Shown piece after piece: positions 28,272 through 38,900 of a DNA stretch of 64,000 nucleotides (position 1 is the first letter of the stretch; each line of letters opens with the position of its first letter). The DNA comes from an uncultured Rhodospirillaceae bacterium (GTDB lineage: Bacteria; Pseudomonadota; Alphaproteobacteria; UBA9219). Location of the stretch: assembly GCA_964652235.1 (NCBI GenBank), contig CAZZDK010000010.1, positions 5,083 through 69,082 of the forward strand, read 5' to 3'. Position numbers and translations under genes: made by a program. Under the pieces are notes generated by a model. That model had not been told where the DNA came from, searched no databases, and worked only from the letters and a program-made list of their open reading frames with translations.

Positions 28272-29543
28272 TTATTCCTCCTTATTCCCGAAAAACGGGT
28301 CGAGAAGTTTCAGCGTTTCGTCCAGAACCCCGCGTTTTTCCCGCGCCCATTGTTCGGCGGTTGTCGCCAGCGCGTGCGCCTTGTCCGGTTCGCGCAGAAG
28401 CGTTTCCAGCGTTTTGACCAGTTCGGCCTCGTCCAGAACCTGAATCGCCGCGCCCCGGCCCAGCATATCGTCGGCCATCAGGGCGAAATTGTCCATCTTG
28501 GGACCGAAGACGACCGCGCAGTCCAGTTGCGCCGCCTCTACCGGATTGTGCCCGCCCCAGGTGAAGGACCCTGCCAGGCAGCAAACGTTCGACAGGCGGT
28601 AGAAAAGGCCCATCTCGCCCATCGTGTCGGCCAGATAGACTTCGGTTTCCGGAGTGATGGATTCCCCTGCCGCTCGCCGCGCCGTCCTTATGTTCCGTTG
28701 CTTGAGTTGAGCCTCGATTTCCTCGCCCCGCACGGCGTGACGAGGAACGATGATCGTCAAAAGGTCCGGGAAGACCCGCCTTAAAGCCTTGTGCGCGCTG
28801 AGGGCAATGTCTTCCTCGCCCGGATGAGTGGAAGCCATGAGCCAGAAAAGCCTGGGACCGATCTCCGTTTTAAGCCGCGCCAACTCTTCGATGTCGCAGG
28901 GCAGGGGGGCGGCGGCGTATTTGAGATTGCCGATGGCGCGGACGTCTTTCATGCCAAGCGCTGCGAATCGTCCCCTCTCGACGCCCGTCTGTGCCAGCCC
29001 GAGCGCGAAGGTTTCCATCATTTCGCGGGCGCCTTCGGGAATGAAGCGCCACCGGCGATAAGATTTTTCGGAAAGGCGCCCGTTTAGCAAAACGGCGGGC
29101 ACGCCGCGCTCCTTGATGGCGGCGAGCATATTGGGCCAGAGCTCGGATTCGACCCAAAGGACCAGATCGGGCTTCCAATGGTTCAAAAAGCGCGTGACAT
29201 AGGGCCATCGGTCCACGGGCATATATTGGTGAAGAACGCCTTCCGGCAAAAGCCTCGCCATCATGGAGGCCGAACTGACAGTCCCCGTCGTAAGGAGAAG
29301 GCGCCAATCGGGCCACCTTTCTTGAAGCTTTTTGATAAGAGTCAAAACCGACATGGCCTCGCCGACGCTGGCGGCATGGCACCAGACGAGCCTACCCTTG
29401 GGCCGCGCGAGCGAGGCGTGGCCGAGGCGTTCCCGGAAGCGATCCTTATCCTCGCGCCCCCTGGCGCGGCGCAAGCGCAGATAGAGCGCAATGAAGGGCG
29501 CGGCGAGGGCGGTGAGGAGGCGGTAGAAGGGCATAAGAAGCAT
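28272..29543 (-). CDS. waaA: 3-deoxy-D-manno-octulosonic acid transferase WaaA (KdtA)
   Basis: N-terminal membrane anchor, conserved WCHAASVGE motif, and GT30 C-terminal region, 423 aa. Confidence 0.9.
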   Translation of the reverse strand: MLLMPFYRLLTALAAPFIALYLRLRRARGREDKDRFRERLGHASLARPKGRLVWCHAASVGEAMSVLTLIKKLQERWPDWRLLLTTGTVSSASMMARLLPEGVLHQYMPVDRWPYVTRFLNHWKPDLVLWVESELWPNMLAAIKERGVPAVLLNGRLSEKSYRRWRFIPEGAREMMETFALGLAQTGVERGRFAALGMKDVRAIGNLKYAAAPLPCDIEELARLKTEIGPRLFWLMASTHPGEEDIALSAHKALRRVFPDLLTIIVPRHAVRGEEIEAQLKQRNIRTARRAAGESITPETEVYLADTMGEMGLFYRLSNVCCLAGSFTWGGHNPVEAAQLDCAVVFGPKMDNFALMADDMLGRGAAIQVLDEAELVKTLETLLREPDKAHALATTAEQWAREKRGVLDETLKLLDPFFGNKEE

Positions 29544-29563
29544 TTAGCATCTACGTCATTCCC

Positions 29564-29600
29564 GCGAAAGCGGGAATCCAGAGCCGCAAAAACGGACGCG
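29564..29600. repeat. REP-like palindromic unit, family 2 (copy C)
   Basis: acgtcattcccgcgaaagcgggaatccagagcc, a perfect hairpin ttcccgcgaaagcgggaa, immediately upstream of waaA. Its core gtcaYTcccgcgMaagcgggaRtcc recurs in the 53127-53290 element. Confidence 0.45.
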
Positions 29601-29631
29601 CTTTTCGGGAGGCCTTATTAAGATACCCGCG

Positions 29632-30270
29632 TTAGCCCTTCTTCGCCTCGTTCGGCGCGGCGACGCGTTCGCGCATAAGGGTCAAAAGGGCGCCGATGTC
29701 GCCGCCGTTGCGTTGAATGACGGAGGAATATTCCTGGCGCTGCGTGACGCTCATGCTGACGCCCTCGACGACCACATCAATGATTCCGAGGCCTTTGTCC
29801 CCCTGTCTCACGCGCCAGGTCACGATGGTCGGTGGCGAACCGTCGGGATGGGTGATCTCGCTATCCACGATGAAATCCTTTTTGCCTTCGGGGCGAGAGG
29901 CGCGAACCTTGAAGCCCTCGCCGGTGTAAAGAGCGAAACGGTCCGAATAGGTTTTGACGACCAGTTTCTCGAACAGGTCCATATATTCTTTTTGCTGGTC
30001 CGGCGTGGCCGTGAGCCAGCTGCGTCCGATCACGAAACGGGCGATGGTGTTCAAATCGAAGTAATCGCTAAGCATGGCGCGAAACTTTTCGTTGCGGGCG
30101 TCGGCGCTCAGGCTTTTATCCGCCAGGATGGAAACGGCTTTGTCGCCCAGATCCTGAATGAACTTGCCCTCATTCGTGAGGGGCGCGGCGGCGTCGTCCG
30201 CAAAGGAGGGAGCGGCCAAGCCCAAAAGGGCGAACAGAAAAAGAAAAGCGCGAAGGAAGCGTGACATCAA
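29632..30270 (-). CDS. mlaC: Phospholipid-binding periplasmic protein MlaC (Ttg2D/toluene-tolerance family)
   Basis: Signal peptide MMSRFLRAFLFLFALLGLAAPSFA, 212 aa, and MlaC-like helical/beta pattern (FDLNTIARFVIGRSW...YMDLFEKLVVKTYSDRF). Confidence 0.75.
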   Translation of the reverse strand: MMSRFLRAFLFLFALLGLAAPSFADDAAAPLTNEGKFIQDLGDKAVSILADKSLSADARNEKFRAMLSDYFDLNTIARFVIGRSWLTATPDQQKEYMDLFEKLVVKTYSDRFALYTGEGFKVRASRPEGKKDFIVDSEITHPDGSPPTIVTWRVRQGDKGLGIIDVVVEGVSMSVTQRQEYSSVIQRNGGDIGALLTLMRERVAAPNEAKKG

Positions 30271-30406
30271 AAACTCCGGAGCAAAGGAAAAACCCCGGCG
30301 AGTTTATAACGGGAGACGGGCGGAAGACAAAGGCCGATTTTAATCCGGCTGGATTTTTTTGATCCCTGCCTTTATTTCGCCACGTTTTGATTCGGCTTCG
30401 AAAGAA

Positions 30407-31738
30407 TCAAGCCGACAGGCAGGAGTTATCCGACGATTTGTACTTGAAACGATCAGCAAGCACCGCTCCCACCAGATAAAGCGAGCCGCAGCAAAGGATG
30501 CGAGCCGGAGCCTGATCCGGCCCTGCAAGCGCGGCCAGCGCTTTTGCGGGGGACGCGGCGGGCGCGGCATCCGCGATTCCGCAAGCGCGAACCTTGGCCG
30601 CAAGGGCCTCAGGCGCATGGCCCGGAACGTCGCCTTCCACATAAACCGTCCGCACGCGCCGAATAAAGGGAGCCATGGGGCCGAGGAACTCTTCGGGCCG
30701 CTTGGTCGAGAGCATTCCATAGACAAGATCAATGGGCTTGCCGTCCCGCGCCTGCCAGCGCCGCATCTGGGCGGCGAGGACCTCGCCTGCGGAATCGTTG
30801 TGCCCGCCGTCGAGCCAAAGCTCCCAGCCCTCAGGCAGTCCGGGCGGGACGATTTGTTGCAGCCGACCCGGCCATTCGACCGTTCGCATGGCGCGGCGAA
30901 CGGCCTCGTCCGGGATCTCGAAAGGCAAAGCGTCCGAAGCCGCGATGGCAAGCCCCGCGTTCCAAAGCTGATGCGTGCCGAGCAAAGCGGGGCGCGGCAG
31001 GTTTTCGATCTTGCGCGAGGGGCCGAGAAAGCGAAAACGATCGGCATCGACGGCTTCGATCCGCCAATCCTCGCCGCCGACGACAAGCGGCGCGTCCAGC
31101 ATTGTCGCCTCTTGTCGCAGGGCCAGCATGGCTTCCTGCGAGGGTTGCGGCGCGGTGAAGCAGGGAGTTCGTCGCCGTATGATCCCGGCTTTTTCGCGCG
31201 CGATGGAATCCATCGTGTCGCCGAGATATTCGCGGTGATCGAACGAAAGCCGCGCGATGACCGAAGCGATAGGCTCAGGCACGACGTTCGTCGCATCGAA
31301 CCTGCCGCCCAGACCGACTTCAAGGATCGTCGCGTCGGCGGGCGTCCGGGCGAAGGCGGTCAAGGCCGCCGCCGTCCCGGCTTCAAAGACGCTGATGGCG
31401 CCGCGCGGGCTCTTGGCCTCGATTTCCAGAAGAAGAGAGACGAGCTCTTCCTCCTCGATCAAACGGCCCGCCACGCGGATACGCTCATGGAAACGGATCA
31501 GGTGCGGCGAGGTATAGACGTGCGCCGTTCTTCCCGTCGCCTCGATCATGGCGCGAAGGAAGGCGCAGGTCGAACCCTTGCCGTTCGTCCCGGCCACAAG
31601 GATCGCGGGCGGCAGACGAAGGTGGGGATCGCCGAGTTCGCCCAAAAGAGCGTCGTAAGCGCGGCGGAGGGTCAGGTTGACGTCTTTGCCGTGCGCGAGG
31701 CGCAGGCGCTCCAGAATCGCGGCGGAGGTTTCGGTCAT
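30407..31738 (-). CDS. folC: Bifunctional folylpolyglutamate synthase / dihydrofolate synthase FolC
   Basis: Mur-ligase P-loop VAGTNGKGST and conserved FolC motifs (HVYTSPHL, EVGLGGRFDATNV). The start overlaps the accD stop by 4 nt. Confidence 0.9.
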   Translation of the reverse strand: MTETSAAILERLRLAHGKDVNLTLRRAYDALLGELGDPHLRLPPAILVAGTNGKGSTCAFLRAMIEATGRTAHVYTSPHLIRFHERIRVAGRLIEEEELVSLLLEIEAKSPRGAISVFEAGTAAALTAFARTPADATILEVGLGGRFDATNVVPEPIASVIARLSFDHREYLGDTMDSIAREKAGIIRRRTPCFTAPQPSQEAMLALRQEATMLDAPLVVGGEDWRIEAVDADRFRFLGPSRKIENLPRPALLGTHQLWNAGLAIAASDALPFEIPDEAVRRAMRTVEWPGRLQQIVPPGLPEGWELWLDGGHNDSAGEVLAAQMRRWQARDGKPIDLVYGMLSTKRPEEFLGPMAPFIRRVRTVYVEGDVPGHAPEALAAKVRACGIADAAPAASPAKALAALAGPDQAPARILCCGSLYLVGAVLADRFKYKSSDNSCLSA

Positions 31739-32661
31739 TTCCGTTTGAGCGCAAGCTTCGCGCCGTGCGGGATGGGTCCGGAAAGGAAGGAGGGGGCCTT
31801 CGTCTTTTCGCGATCCTTGCGCAAAAGGCTGAGAACACGCACGAGCGTATCCTTAAGTTCGGCGCGGGTCACGACGATATCGACCATACCGTGGTCGAGC
31901 AGATATTCCGAGCGCTGAAAGCCGGGCGGCAAAGTCTCGCGGATCGTGCTTTCGATGACGCGCGCGCCCGCAAAGCCGATCTGCGCGCCTTTCTCGGCGA
32001 TGTGAATATCGCCGATCATGGCGAAAGAGGCCGTCACGCCGCCCGTGGTCGGATCGGTGAAAACGACGATGAACGGCAATCCTGCGTCCTTGACGTTTTT
32101 CGCGGCGATGACGCTGCGCGGCATTTGCATGAGGGAGAGCAGGCCCTCCTGCATCCTCGCGCCGCCCGAAGCCGGAATGACAATCAGGGGGCAGCGGGTC
32201 TCGACGGCCCTTTTCGCCGCCGTGACAAGGCCCTCGCCCACGGCCATGCCCATCGAGCCGCCCAAAAAGGCGAAATTGAACACGGCGATGACGGCGGGCG
32301 AACCGCCCATCCGGCCCTCGGCCACGATAATCGCGTCGGTCTGACCCGTTTTGGCGCGGGCGTCTTTCAGGCGGTCGGTATAGCGTTTCTGGTCGCGAAA
32401 ACGCAGCGGATCGACCGGGACGGGCGGAACGGCGATTTCCGCGTAACGCCCGTCGTCGAAAAGCATTTCCAGCCTTTTAAGCGGCGGCAGCTTCAGGTGA
32501 AAGCCGCAATGATGACAAACGTTAAAATGTTCTTCAAGCTCCCGCTTGAAAAGCATAGCGTTGCATCCGGGGCATTTTTCCCACAGATTGTCCGGGATCT
32601 CTTTTTGAGTCCCGACAAGAGCCCTGATCTTGGGGCGGACGAAATTGGTCAGCCAGTTCAT
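31735..32661 (-). CDS. accD: Acetyl-CoA carboxylase carboxyltransferase beta subunit AccD
   Basis: Zn-ribbon CPGCNAMLFKRELEEHFNVCHHCGFH and carboxyltransferase domain (FNFAFLGGSMGMAVGE). The canonical MNWLTNFVRPK start is at about 32661; the ORF track starts at 32688. Confidence 0.95.
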   Translation of the reverse strand: MNWLTNFVRPKIRALVGTQKEIPDNLWEKCPGCNAMLFKRELEEHFNVCHHCGFHLKLPPLKRLEMLFDDGRYAEIAVPPVPVDPLRFRDQKRYTDRLKDARAKTGQTDAIIVAEGRMGGSPAVIAVFNFAFLGGSMGMAVGEGLVTAAKRAVETRCPLIVIPASGGARMQEGLLSLMQMPRSVIAAKNVKDAGLPFIVVFTDPTTGGVTASFAMIGDIHIAEKGAQIGFAGARVIESTIRETLPPGFQRSEYLLDHGMVDIVVTRAELKDTLVRVLSLLRKDREKTKAPSFLSGPIPHGAKLALKRK

Positions 32662-32720
32662 GCGCGGGATGCTAGTCGAAAGCGTCAAGGGACGCTAGAA
32701 GGAAAAAGGCGTTAGGAATC

Positions 32721-33245
32721 ATGAGGAAAACAAAGAGGCCGAGCCTTTACATCGAAATAAAGGCCGCGCCCTGGAAAAGGGTTAAGGGACTGGAGAGGAA
32801 GCTGAAACAGGCGGCGGCCCTGGTTTTCGCCTCTTTGCCCGCGTCGCTTTTACCTGCCGCGCGGCGGGCGGAGGCAACGCTTTTGCTTACGACGGACCGG
32901 GCGGTTCAGACTTTAAACTTTGACTATCGAGGCAAAAACGCGCCGACGAACGTTTTGTCTTTCCCTCATTACGAAAGGGGCGATTTGGTTCGCCTGGGCA
33001 AGAAGGGCGAAACGCTTTATGTCGGCGACATCGCCGTCGCTTACGCCTTCACGGCCAAAGAAGCGAAGGCCGAAGGCAAAAACTTGCCGGATCACGTCGT
33101 GCACCTTATGATCCACGGCCTCTTGCATCTTTTCGGCTACGACCACGACAGCCCCGCCCGCGCGGCGCGGATGGAAAGGCTGGAGAAAGAAATATTGGCG
33201 ACGCTCGGCATTCCCGATCCCTACGCGCCCCGGATGAAACCATGA
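32721..33245 (+). CDS. ybeY: rRNA maturation endoribonuclease YbeY
   Basis: HxxxHxxGxxH zinc motif (HLMIHGLLHLFGYDH) and UPF0054 length. Confidence 0.9.
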   Translation: MRKTKRPSLYIEIKAAPWKRVKGLERKLKQAAALVFASLPASLLPAARRAEATLLLTTDRAVQTLNFDYRGKNAPTNVLSFPHYERGDLVRLGKKGETLYVGDIAVAYAFTAKEAKAEGKNLPDHVVHLMIHGLLHLFGYDHDSPARAARMERLEKEILATLGIPDPYAPRMKP

Positions 33246-34108
33246 ACGACCTTCCGATGTTTTTCGAGAAACTTTACGCCCGTCTGCGTCGGCGTCTGAA
33301 ACGCGAGCAGGACAGAGAAACGCTGCGCGAGGCGGCGCTGGCGCTGATTGAAGAGCCTTCGCCGGACGAAGGCGAGCCGCCCGCCGAACGCGAGATTCTT
33401 ACCAACGTCATCTCTCTGCGCGACAAGGATGTGGCCGATTGTATGGTCCCCCGCGCGGACATCGTTGCCGCCGACATCGAAAGTTCTCTCTCGGACATTG
33501 TTGCCCTCATGATTTCCTGCGCCCACAGCCGCCTGCCGGTCTATCGCGAGACGCTCGACGAAACGGTGGGCATGGTCCATACCAAGGACGTTTTGCCTTA
33601 TTTAGCGGAAGGCAAGGATTGCGCCCTGCGGGACATCCTGCGCCCTGTTCTTTTCGCCGCGCCTTCCATGTCCGTCTCGAAACTTCTCTTTCAGATGCGG
33701 GAATCGCGCCAGCATATGGCCATGGTGATCGACGAGTTCGGCGGCGTGGACGGGCTGGTGACGATTGAAGACCTTGTTGAGGAGATCGTCGGCGACATCA
33801 AGGACGAACATCACGACGAAAAAACGCCGGACGTCATCTTTTGTTCGGACGGATCGTTGCTCGCGGACGGGGGCATCGACGTTGCCGCGTTCGAAGAGCG
33901 CGTCGGCCTGACGCTCGGCGGGCAGGAGAGGGAAGCCGTGGACACGCTCGGCGGCTATGTTTTCGACCTGGCGGGCCGGGCGCTCAAAGTCGGCGAAACC
34001 ATTGAGGGGCCGGGGGGGCTTTTCTTCGACGTTTTGGCCGTGGAGCAAAGCCGCATCCGCCGTCTGCGCGTGCGGGGGATCAGGCGCGAAAACCAAAAGA
34101 ATTCATAA
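33242..34108 (+). CDS. corC: CBS-pair plus CorC/HlyC C-terminal domain protein (CorC/YbeX Mg/Co efflux-associated)
   Basis: Tandem CBS domains followed by a transporter-associated CorC_HlyC domain. It overlaps ybeY by 4 nt, the classic ybeY-ybeX pairing. Confidence 0.85.
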   Translation: MNDLPMFFEKLYARLRRRLKREQDRETLREAALALIEEPSPDEGEPPAEREILTNVISLRDKDVADCMVPRADIVAADIESSLSDIVALMISCAHSRLPVYRETLDETVGMVHTKDVLPYLAEGKDCALRDILRPVLFAAPSMSVSKLLFQMRESRQHMAMVIDEFGGVDGLVTIEDLVEEIVGDIKDEHHDEKTPDVIFCSDGSLLADGGIDVAAFEERVGLTLGGQEREAVDTLGGYVFDLAGRALKVGETIEGPGGLFFDVLAVEQSRIRRLRVRGIRRENQKNS

Positions 34109-34329
34109 AACAAGACCATCGCGGTCAAGGGATTTGACAAATAAAACTTGTCTCATTGAGGCTATTTCTTCGCGCGGAAATTTCCGGAATTCTTCTCTTT
34201 TCCGGATTTTAGACTGGACGTAAACACCTCGTTAACCATACTGTTCTACGAAATAAAAAGGCGATTCCGTCTAAGAATCGCTTCTGTTATGGCCCGAATT
34301 AATGCGCCCCCAGACGTTGAGGAGGAAAG

Positions 34330-35994
34330 ATGAGGTTCTCGTTCAGTAATCTCAAGATAAGCGTCCGTATCCTGACGGGCTTCGCCGCCGTTCTTCTTGT
34401 TTTGGTCGGCATGGTCCTTTTCGCGAATCGGGGTCTGGAAGACGTCCTCGCGGGGCAGGCCGAATACGCCCGCCGTGCGCACCAGACGGAAGGGATGCTG
34501 GAGATGCGGATGGGATTCATTGAACTTCGGCGGGCGACGGCCCTTTACCTTCTCAAGGGAGGGAGCACAGAGGCGATGGACAAAGCCGCGGACGAAATGA
34601 CCTCTCTTATGAACAAGGTCCGGGACGCCTTCCGCCGACAGGAGCGAAAGGACAGGATGACGGAAATTTTGAAGGCATTCGAAGAATATCACAAAACGTT
34701 GAATATACTTCCTTCCATTCGGGAGAACAAGGAGGAGGTGGACAAAACGCTGGTCTTCCTTAGTCCGCTTGGCCAAAAGATCCAGGACGGCATGGGGTCT
34801 CTGGCAAAAGACCTGGCGAAGGACATGGTCGCGACCGAAGAGAATATGGTCGCCATCAGCAAGCGGACGGTCAAGGTTCTGGGCATTACGGGCGTTGTCG
34901 CCGTTCTGATCGGTTTGTTCTTCGCCGTTTTCATCGGGCGGGGCATTTCGAGGCCTATCCAGAACATGACGCGCGTCATGGGCGTTTTGGCCAACGGCGA
35001 TTTGACGGTCGAGGTTCCGGATACGCAAAAGAAGGACGAGATCGGGCAAATGGCTCAGGCCGTTTTGGTGTTCAAGGAAAACGCGATCAAAGTCGAAGCC
35101 ATGCGCAAGGAACAGAAAGAGGCGGAGATACGCGCGGCGCAGGAACGCAGGCAGGCCATGCTGAAGATGGCCAGCGATTTCGAGGCCAGCGTGATGGGAA
35201 TTGTGAAAGGCGTGGCGGCTTCCTCGACGGAAATGCAGTCCACGGCGAAAAGTATGTCGTCCATCGCGCAGGAGACGAGCACGCAGGCGACGGCCGTGGC
35301 GGCGGCGTCCACGCAGGCGAGCACGAACGTGGAAACGGTGGCCTCGGCGGCGGAAGAGCTTTCGGCTTCCACGGGTGAGATCGGCACGCGCGTGACCGAA
35401 GCGGCGCGGATTGCCCAGAAGGCCGCCGACGAGAGCAAGCGGACGAACGAACGCGTCGAAAACCTTGCGGCCTCGGCGAGCAAGATCGGCGAGGTCGTCC
35501 AGCTCATCAACGAAATCGCCTCGCAAACGAACCTGCTTGCGTTGAATGCGACGATCGAAGCGGCGCGGGCGGGCGAAGCGGGCAAGGGCTTTGCCGTCGT
35601 GGCGAGCGAGGTGAAGGGCCTTGCCAACCAGACCGCCAAGGCGACGGAGGAGATCAGCGCGCAGATCGGCTCGGTTCAGGCGGAGACAAATGCCGCCGTC
35701 TCGGCCATTCGGATGATTGCGGAAGTCATCGACCAGGTGCGCGACATTTCGGCCAACATCGCGGCGGCGGTGGAAGAGCAGGGCGCGGCGACGAAGGAAA
35801 TCGCCCGCAATGTGCAGCAGGCGGCTCAAGGGACGCACGAGGTCTCGACGAACATCGTCTCGGTGACGGAAGCGGCGACGCAAACCGGCGCGGCGGCGGA
35901 GCAGGTCCTTTCCACGGCGGGCGAATTGGCCAAGAACGCGGAATCCCTGCGCAAAGAGGTCGAAACCTTCCTTTCCAACGTCCGGGCGGGATAG
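34330..35994 (+). CDS. Methyl-accepting chemotaxis protein (MCP) with N-terminal TM, four-helix sensor and HAMP
   Basis: Highly conserved signalling hairpin [41 protein letters not shown], a HAMP region and two TM segments. GAGGAGG RBS lies 6 nt upstream. Confidence 0.92.
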   Translation: MRFSFSNLKISVRILTGFAAVLLVLVGMVLFANRGLEDVLAGQAEYARRAHQTEGMLEMRMGFIELRRATALYLLKGGSTEAMDKAADEMTSLMNKVRDAFRRQERKDRMTEILKAFEEYHKTLNILPSIRENKEEVDKTLVFLSPLGQKIQDGMGSLAKDLAKDMVATEENMVAISKRTVKVLGITGVVAVLIGLFFAVFIGRGISRPIQNMTRVMGVLANGDLTVEVPDTQKKDEIGQMAQAVLVFKENAIKVEAMRKEQKEAEIRAAQERRQAMLKMASDFEASVMGIVKGVAASSTEMQSTAKSMSSIAQETSTQATAVAAASTQASTNVETVASAAEELSASTGEIGTRVTEAARIAQKAADESKRTNERVENLAASASKIGEVVQLINEIASQTNLLALNATIEAARAGEAGKGFAVVASEVKGLANQTAKATEEISAQIGSVQAETNAAVSAIRMIAEVIDQVRDISANIAAAVEEQGAATKEIARNVQQAAQGTHEVSTNIVSVTEAATQTGAAAEQVLSTAGELAKNAESLRKEVETFLSNVRAG

Positions 35995-36085
35995 CTGGAA
36001 GGGGGCTCTGGGACAGGGGCTGTTTAACCCGTTGATAATCCAAAAGGCGCGAAGTATTGTCTAGCCGAATCCTAAGGGGAGAGGC

Positions 36086-37420
36086 ATGACTCGCAAACTT
36101 TTCGGAACCGACGGCATCAGGGGCCGCGCCAACCAGGAACCCATGACGGCCACGACGGCCCTGTCCGTCGCCATGGCCGCCGCGCGTTTATTCCGGCGCG
36201 GGCAGCACCGTCACCGCGTCGTGATCGGCAAGGATACGCGCCTGTCGGGCTATCTTTTGGAACCGGCTTTGACGGCGGGCTTTATCGCGCAGGGGATGGA
36301 CGTGTTTTTGCTCGGCCCGCTGCCGACGCCGGCGGTGGCTATGCTGACCAAAAGCCTGCGGGCCGATCTGGGCGTCATGATTTCGGCCTCGCACAACCCT
36401 TATGAAGATAATGGGATCAAGCTGTTCGGTCCTGATGGACGCAAGCTTTCGGATTCTCTTGAGGCCGAGATTGAGACCCTGATGAACGACGGCAAGAACG
36501 AGCTGGCGTCGTCGGCCGAGCTGGGCCGCGCTGCGCGTATCGACGATGCTGCCGGGCGTTATGTTGAGTTCGTCAAGGGAACTTTTCCGCCGGGGCTGCG
36601 CCTGGACGGCATGAAGATCGTTCTCGATTGCGCCAACGGCGCGGCCTACAAGGTCGCGCCTGCGGTTCTGTGGGAGCTGGGCGCGGAAGTCATCCTGCTC
36701 GCCGACGAGCCGGACGGCAAGAACATCAATCATAATTGCGGCGCGACGCACCCTGATCTGATGCGCGAGGCGGTTTTGCTTCACGGCGCGGATGCGGGGC
36801 TTGCGCTCGACGGCGACGCCGACCGCCTTATCATGGCGGACGAGAAAGGGCACATCGTTGACGGCGACCAGATTATGGCGTTGATCGCACAGGCTTGGGC
36901 CGAAAGGGGTTCGCTCAGGGGCGGCGGCGTCGTGGCGACGGTGATGTCGAATCTCGGCCTCGAAAGATTTCTGAAAAAGATGAATCTCGACCTGATCCGT
37001 ACGCCCGTCGGCGATCGCTATGTCGTCGAAGCGATGCAGGAAAAGGGCTACAATCTCGGCGGCGAGCAATCGGGTCACATGGTCCTGTCCGATTACAGCA
37101 CGACGGGCGACGGTCTTTTGACGGCCTTGCAGGTCTTGGCCGTCATCAGGGAAAAGGGCGTTCCGGCAAGTCAGGCCTGCCGCCTCTTCACGCCCGTGCC
37201 GCAGCTTTTGAAGAGCGTGAAAACGCCGCGCGACGTTATGACCGACCCCGCCTTTCAAAAGGCCATCCAAAAAGCCGAGGAAAGATTGAACGGCGCCGGG
37301 CGCCTTGTGGTGCGCAAATCCGGCACGGAATCCCTCGTGCGCGTAATGGCCGAGGGCGACGACGAGAAGCTTGTCGCGGAAATCGTCGAGACGCTCGCAA
37401 AGCAGGCGGCGCGGGGATAG
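36086..37420 (+). CDS. glmM: Phosphoglucosamine mutase GlmM
   Basis: [13 protein letters not shown] start, phosphoserine loop SASHNP, and sugar-binding GEQSGH. Confidence 0.95.
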   Translation: MTRKLFGTDGIRGRANQEPMTATTALSVAMAAARLFRRGQHRHRVVIGKDTRLSGYLLEPALTAGFIAQGMDVFLLGPLPTPAVAMLTKSLRADLGVMISASHNPYEDNGIKLFGPDGRKLSDSLEAEIETLMNDGKNELASSAELGRAARIDDAAGRYVEFVKGTFPPGLRLDGMKIVLDCANGAAYKVAPAVLWELGAEVILLADEPDGKNINHNCGATHPDLMREAVLLHGADAGLALDGDADRLIMADEKGHIVDGDQIMALIAQAWAERGSLRGGGVVATVMSNLGLERFLKKMNLDLIRTPVGDRYVVEAMQEKGYNLGGEQSGHMVLSDYSTTGDGLLTALQVLAVIREKGVPASQACRLFTPVPQLLKSVKTPRDVMTDPAFQKAIQKAEERLNGAGRLVVRKSGTESLVRVMAEGDDEKLVAEIVETLAKQAARG

Positions 37421-37428
37421 TCAGGTTC

Positions 37429-37956
37429 TTAAGAACGATCGCAAACGAACACGCGAGATTGTCTATGGCCGCGGGGTTCGGTGGGGAAAAAGCCCGCGCC
37501 GGATAAGGTGCGCCTTTGGTGCGGGGCGTGATTGAAGAGGCGTGTCCCCAAGGAAACGACTTTCTTCTCCTTGCCTTCCCAATATTCCTTGTAGGTCTCT
37601 TCGAGTTTTTTCCAAACCGCGCCCGCGCCCCATTCCGTAACGATGACGTCGGGCAGACGGCGATAGCTTTTAGTCGTTGGGTGCTTGGGTTTTCTGCCGT
37701 CGTGAACGGTGAAGTTCAAGCGGCTTTCGCCGTAAGAAGAACTGCCGTCCCCGCGTACAAACAGGGAAAGTCCTTCGGAAGGATCGGAAAAAGTTTTCAT
37801 GAAAAAATTCACGAACAACTTAACGCGCACAGGATCCAAAGGCGTTTTGAAGACGAAGAAAAGGCCTTCGTTATCTGCGGCCAACGCGATTTGGCTGCAA
37901 TGCTCGCGCAGGAAGGGATAGAATTCTTCGGAAAAAGCGTCAGAGGGGATCGTCAT
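37429..37956 (-). CDS. Hypothetical protein, paralog 1 of a tandem pair (lower-GC islet)
   Basis: No known motif. It aligns with the neighbouring ORF (FLREHCSQIALAADNEGLFFVF vs LIERFCTKVDLMPVNGSLYFHF; shared EGLSL). Local GC is about 52% versus about 63% in the flanks. Confidence 0.45.
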   Translation of the reverse strand: MTIPSDAFSEEFYPFLREHCSQIALAADNEGLFFVFKTPLDPVRVKLFVNFFMKTFSDPSEGLSLFVRGDGSSSYGESRLNFTVHDGRKPKHPTTKSYRRLPDVIVTEWGAGAVWKKLEETYKEYWEGKEKKVVSLGTRLFNHAPHQRRTLSGAGFFPTEPRGHRQSRVFVCDRS

Positions 37957-37967
37957 GGAGGCTCTCT

Positions 37968-38474
37968 TTAGGTTCGAGTTAAGGCCAAACGGAAAGACTT
38001 TCTGACCGGCGGCTTTCCAAAAAGCGAATCCAAGGATCTGCGCGGCCCTATCAAAGGGCGAAGCCTTCTGTAGGCGTCAAGGTCTTCCTGTAAGGCGTTC
38101 CAGACAAGCCTGGCGGCGGCGGCTTCAGGGGATTCGCGGTTCACCTCGACAAGAGAACCTCGCGGCGGGACGAGAGGCTGTTTGGGTGGAAAAACTCTCA
38201 AACAGACGGTCGTTTCGTCGGGCGCGAGATCGGGCACCCTTTGGTGAACCAGGGAGCCGGGGTCGGCGGCCACGACGCTCAGCCCGCCGAGGGAAAGGCC
38301 TTCTTGCATATTACGATAAGCGGCCATAAGGCTCAGGCCGAATCGGTACGCCTCCTCTCTTGTGACGGCGGGGAAGAAATGGAAATAGAGACTGCCGTTG
38401 ACGGGCATCAAATCAACTTTGGTGCAAAAGCGTTCAATCAGGCGAAGGGCTTCATCTTTGGACAGGGGGTTCAC
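37968..38474 (-). CDS. Hypothetical protein, paralog 2 of a tandem pair (lower-GC islet)
   Basis: Paralogous to 37429..37956 (see that entry). It is followed upstream by a roughly 180-bp AT-rich spacer. Confidence 0.45.
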   Translation of the reverse strand: MNPLSKDEALRLIERFCTKVDLMPVNGSLYFHFFPAVTREEAYRFGLSLMAAYRNMQEGLSLGGLSVVAADPGSLVHQRVPDLAPDETTVCLRVFPPKQPLVPPRGSLVEVNRESPEAAAARLVWNALQEDLDAYRRLRPLIGPRRSLDSLFGKPPVRKSFRLALTRT

Positions 38475-38652
38475 GGTAAAAATCCTTGTGTAACAAAGGT
38501 TTGTTTTTATATCGGAATGATGGAGACTTGTAGCGCAAATCGTCTAAAATAGTAAATACTTTCAACCCATCCCTAACCTTTTTGCCGTATAGTTAAGGCA
38601 TATTCGAGAAAGCGGGATTTTGAAGAAATCTGTTTATTTTCAGGAGGTTGTT

Positions 38653-38808
38653 ATGGGCGTGTCCCGACATGAATTCGTTTTGGGGTTTGATAGTTTAAGC
38701 CGCGTTCCGGCTTTCAAGCCCTCGGAACCCACCGGCCAGGAGGGCGCACGTCGCCCTGATCACGAACAAAAGCCGCGTCGGAAAGGGCCTTCGCCCGCGC
38801 CCAAATAG
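38653..38808 (+). CDS. Small hypothetical ORF (about 51 aa) with its own RBS and terminator
   Basis: CAGGAGG Shine-Dalgarno lies 6 nt upstream of ATG 38653 (MGVSRHEFVLGFDSLSRVPAFKPSEPTGQEGARRPDHEQKPRRKGPSPAPK). A strong intrinsic terminator follows 25 nt after the stop. The ORF-track upstream start at 38620 lacks an RBS. Confidence 0.4.
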   Translation: MGVSRHEFVLGFDSLSRVPAFKPSEPTGQEGARRPDHEQKPRRKGPSPAPK

Positions 38809-38832
38809 TTCTTTCTTCGCTCCTTCCTAGAC

Positions 38833-38877
38833 CGCCGCCGCGCCGGAAACGCGGCGGCGTTTTTTTTGCCCCGAATG
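38833..38877 (+). terminator. Rho-independent terminator
   Basis: GCCGCCGCG-ccggaaa-CGCGGCGGC stem-loop followed by a T8 run, just upstream of ruvC. Confidence 0.65.
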
Positions 38878-38900
38878 GGCTTTAGCCCTATCTTGGACGC

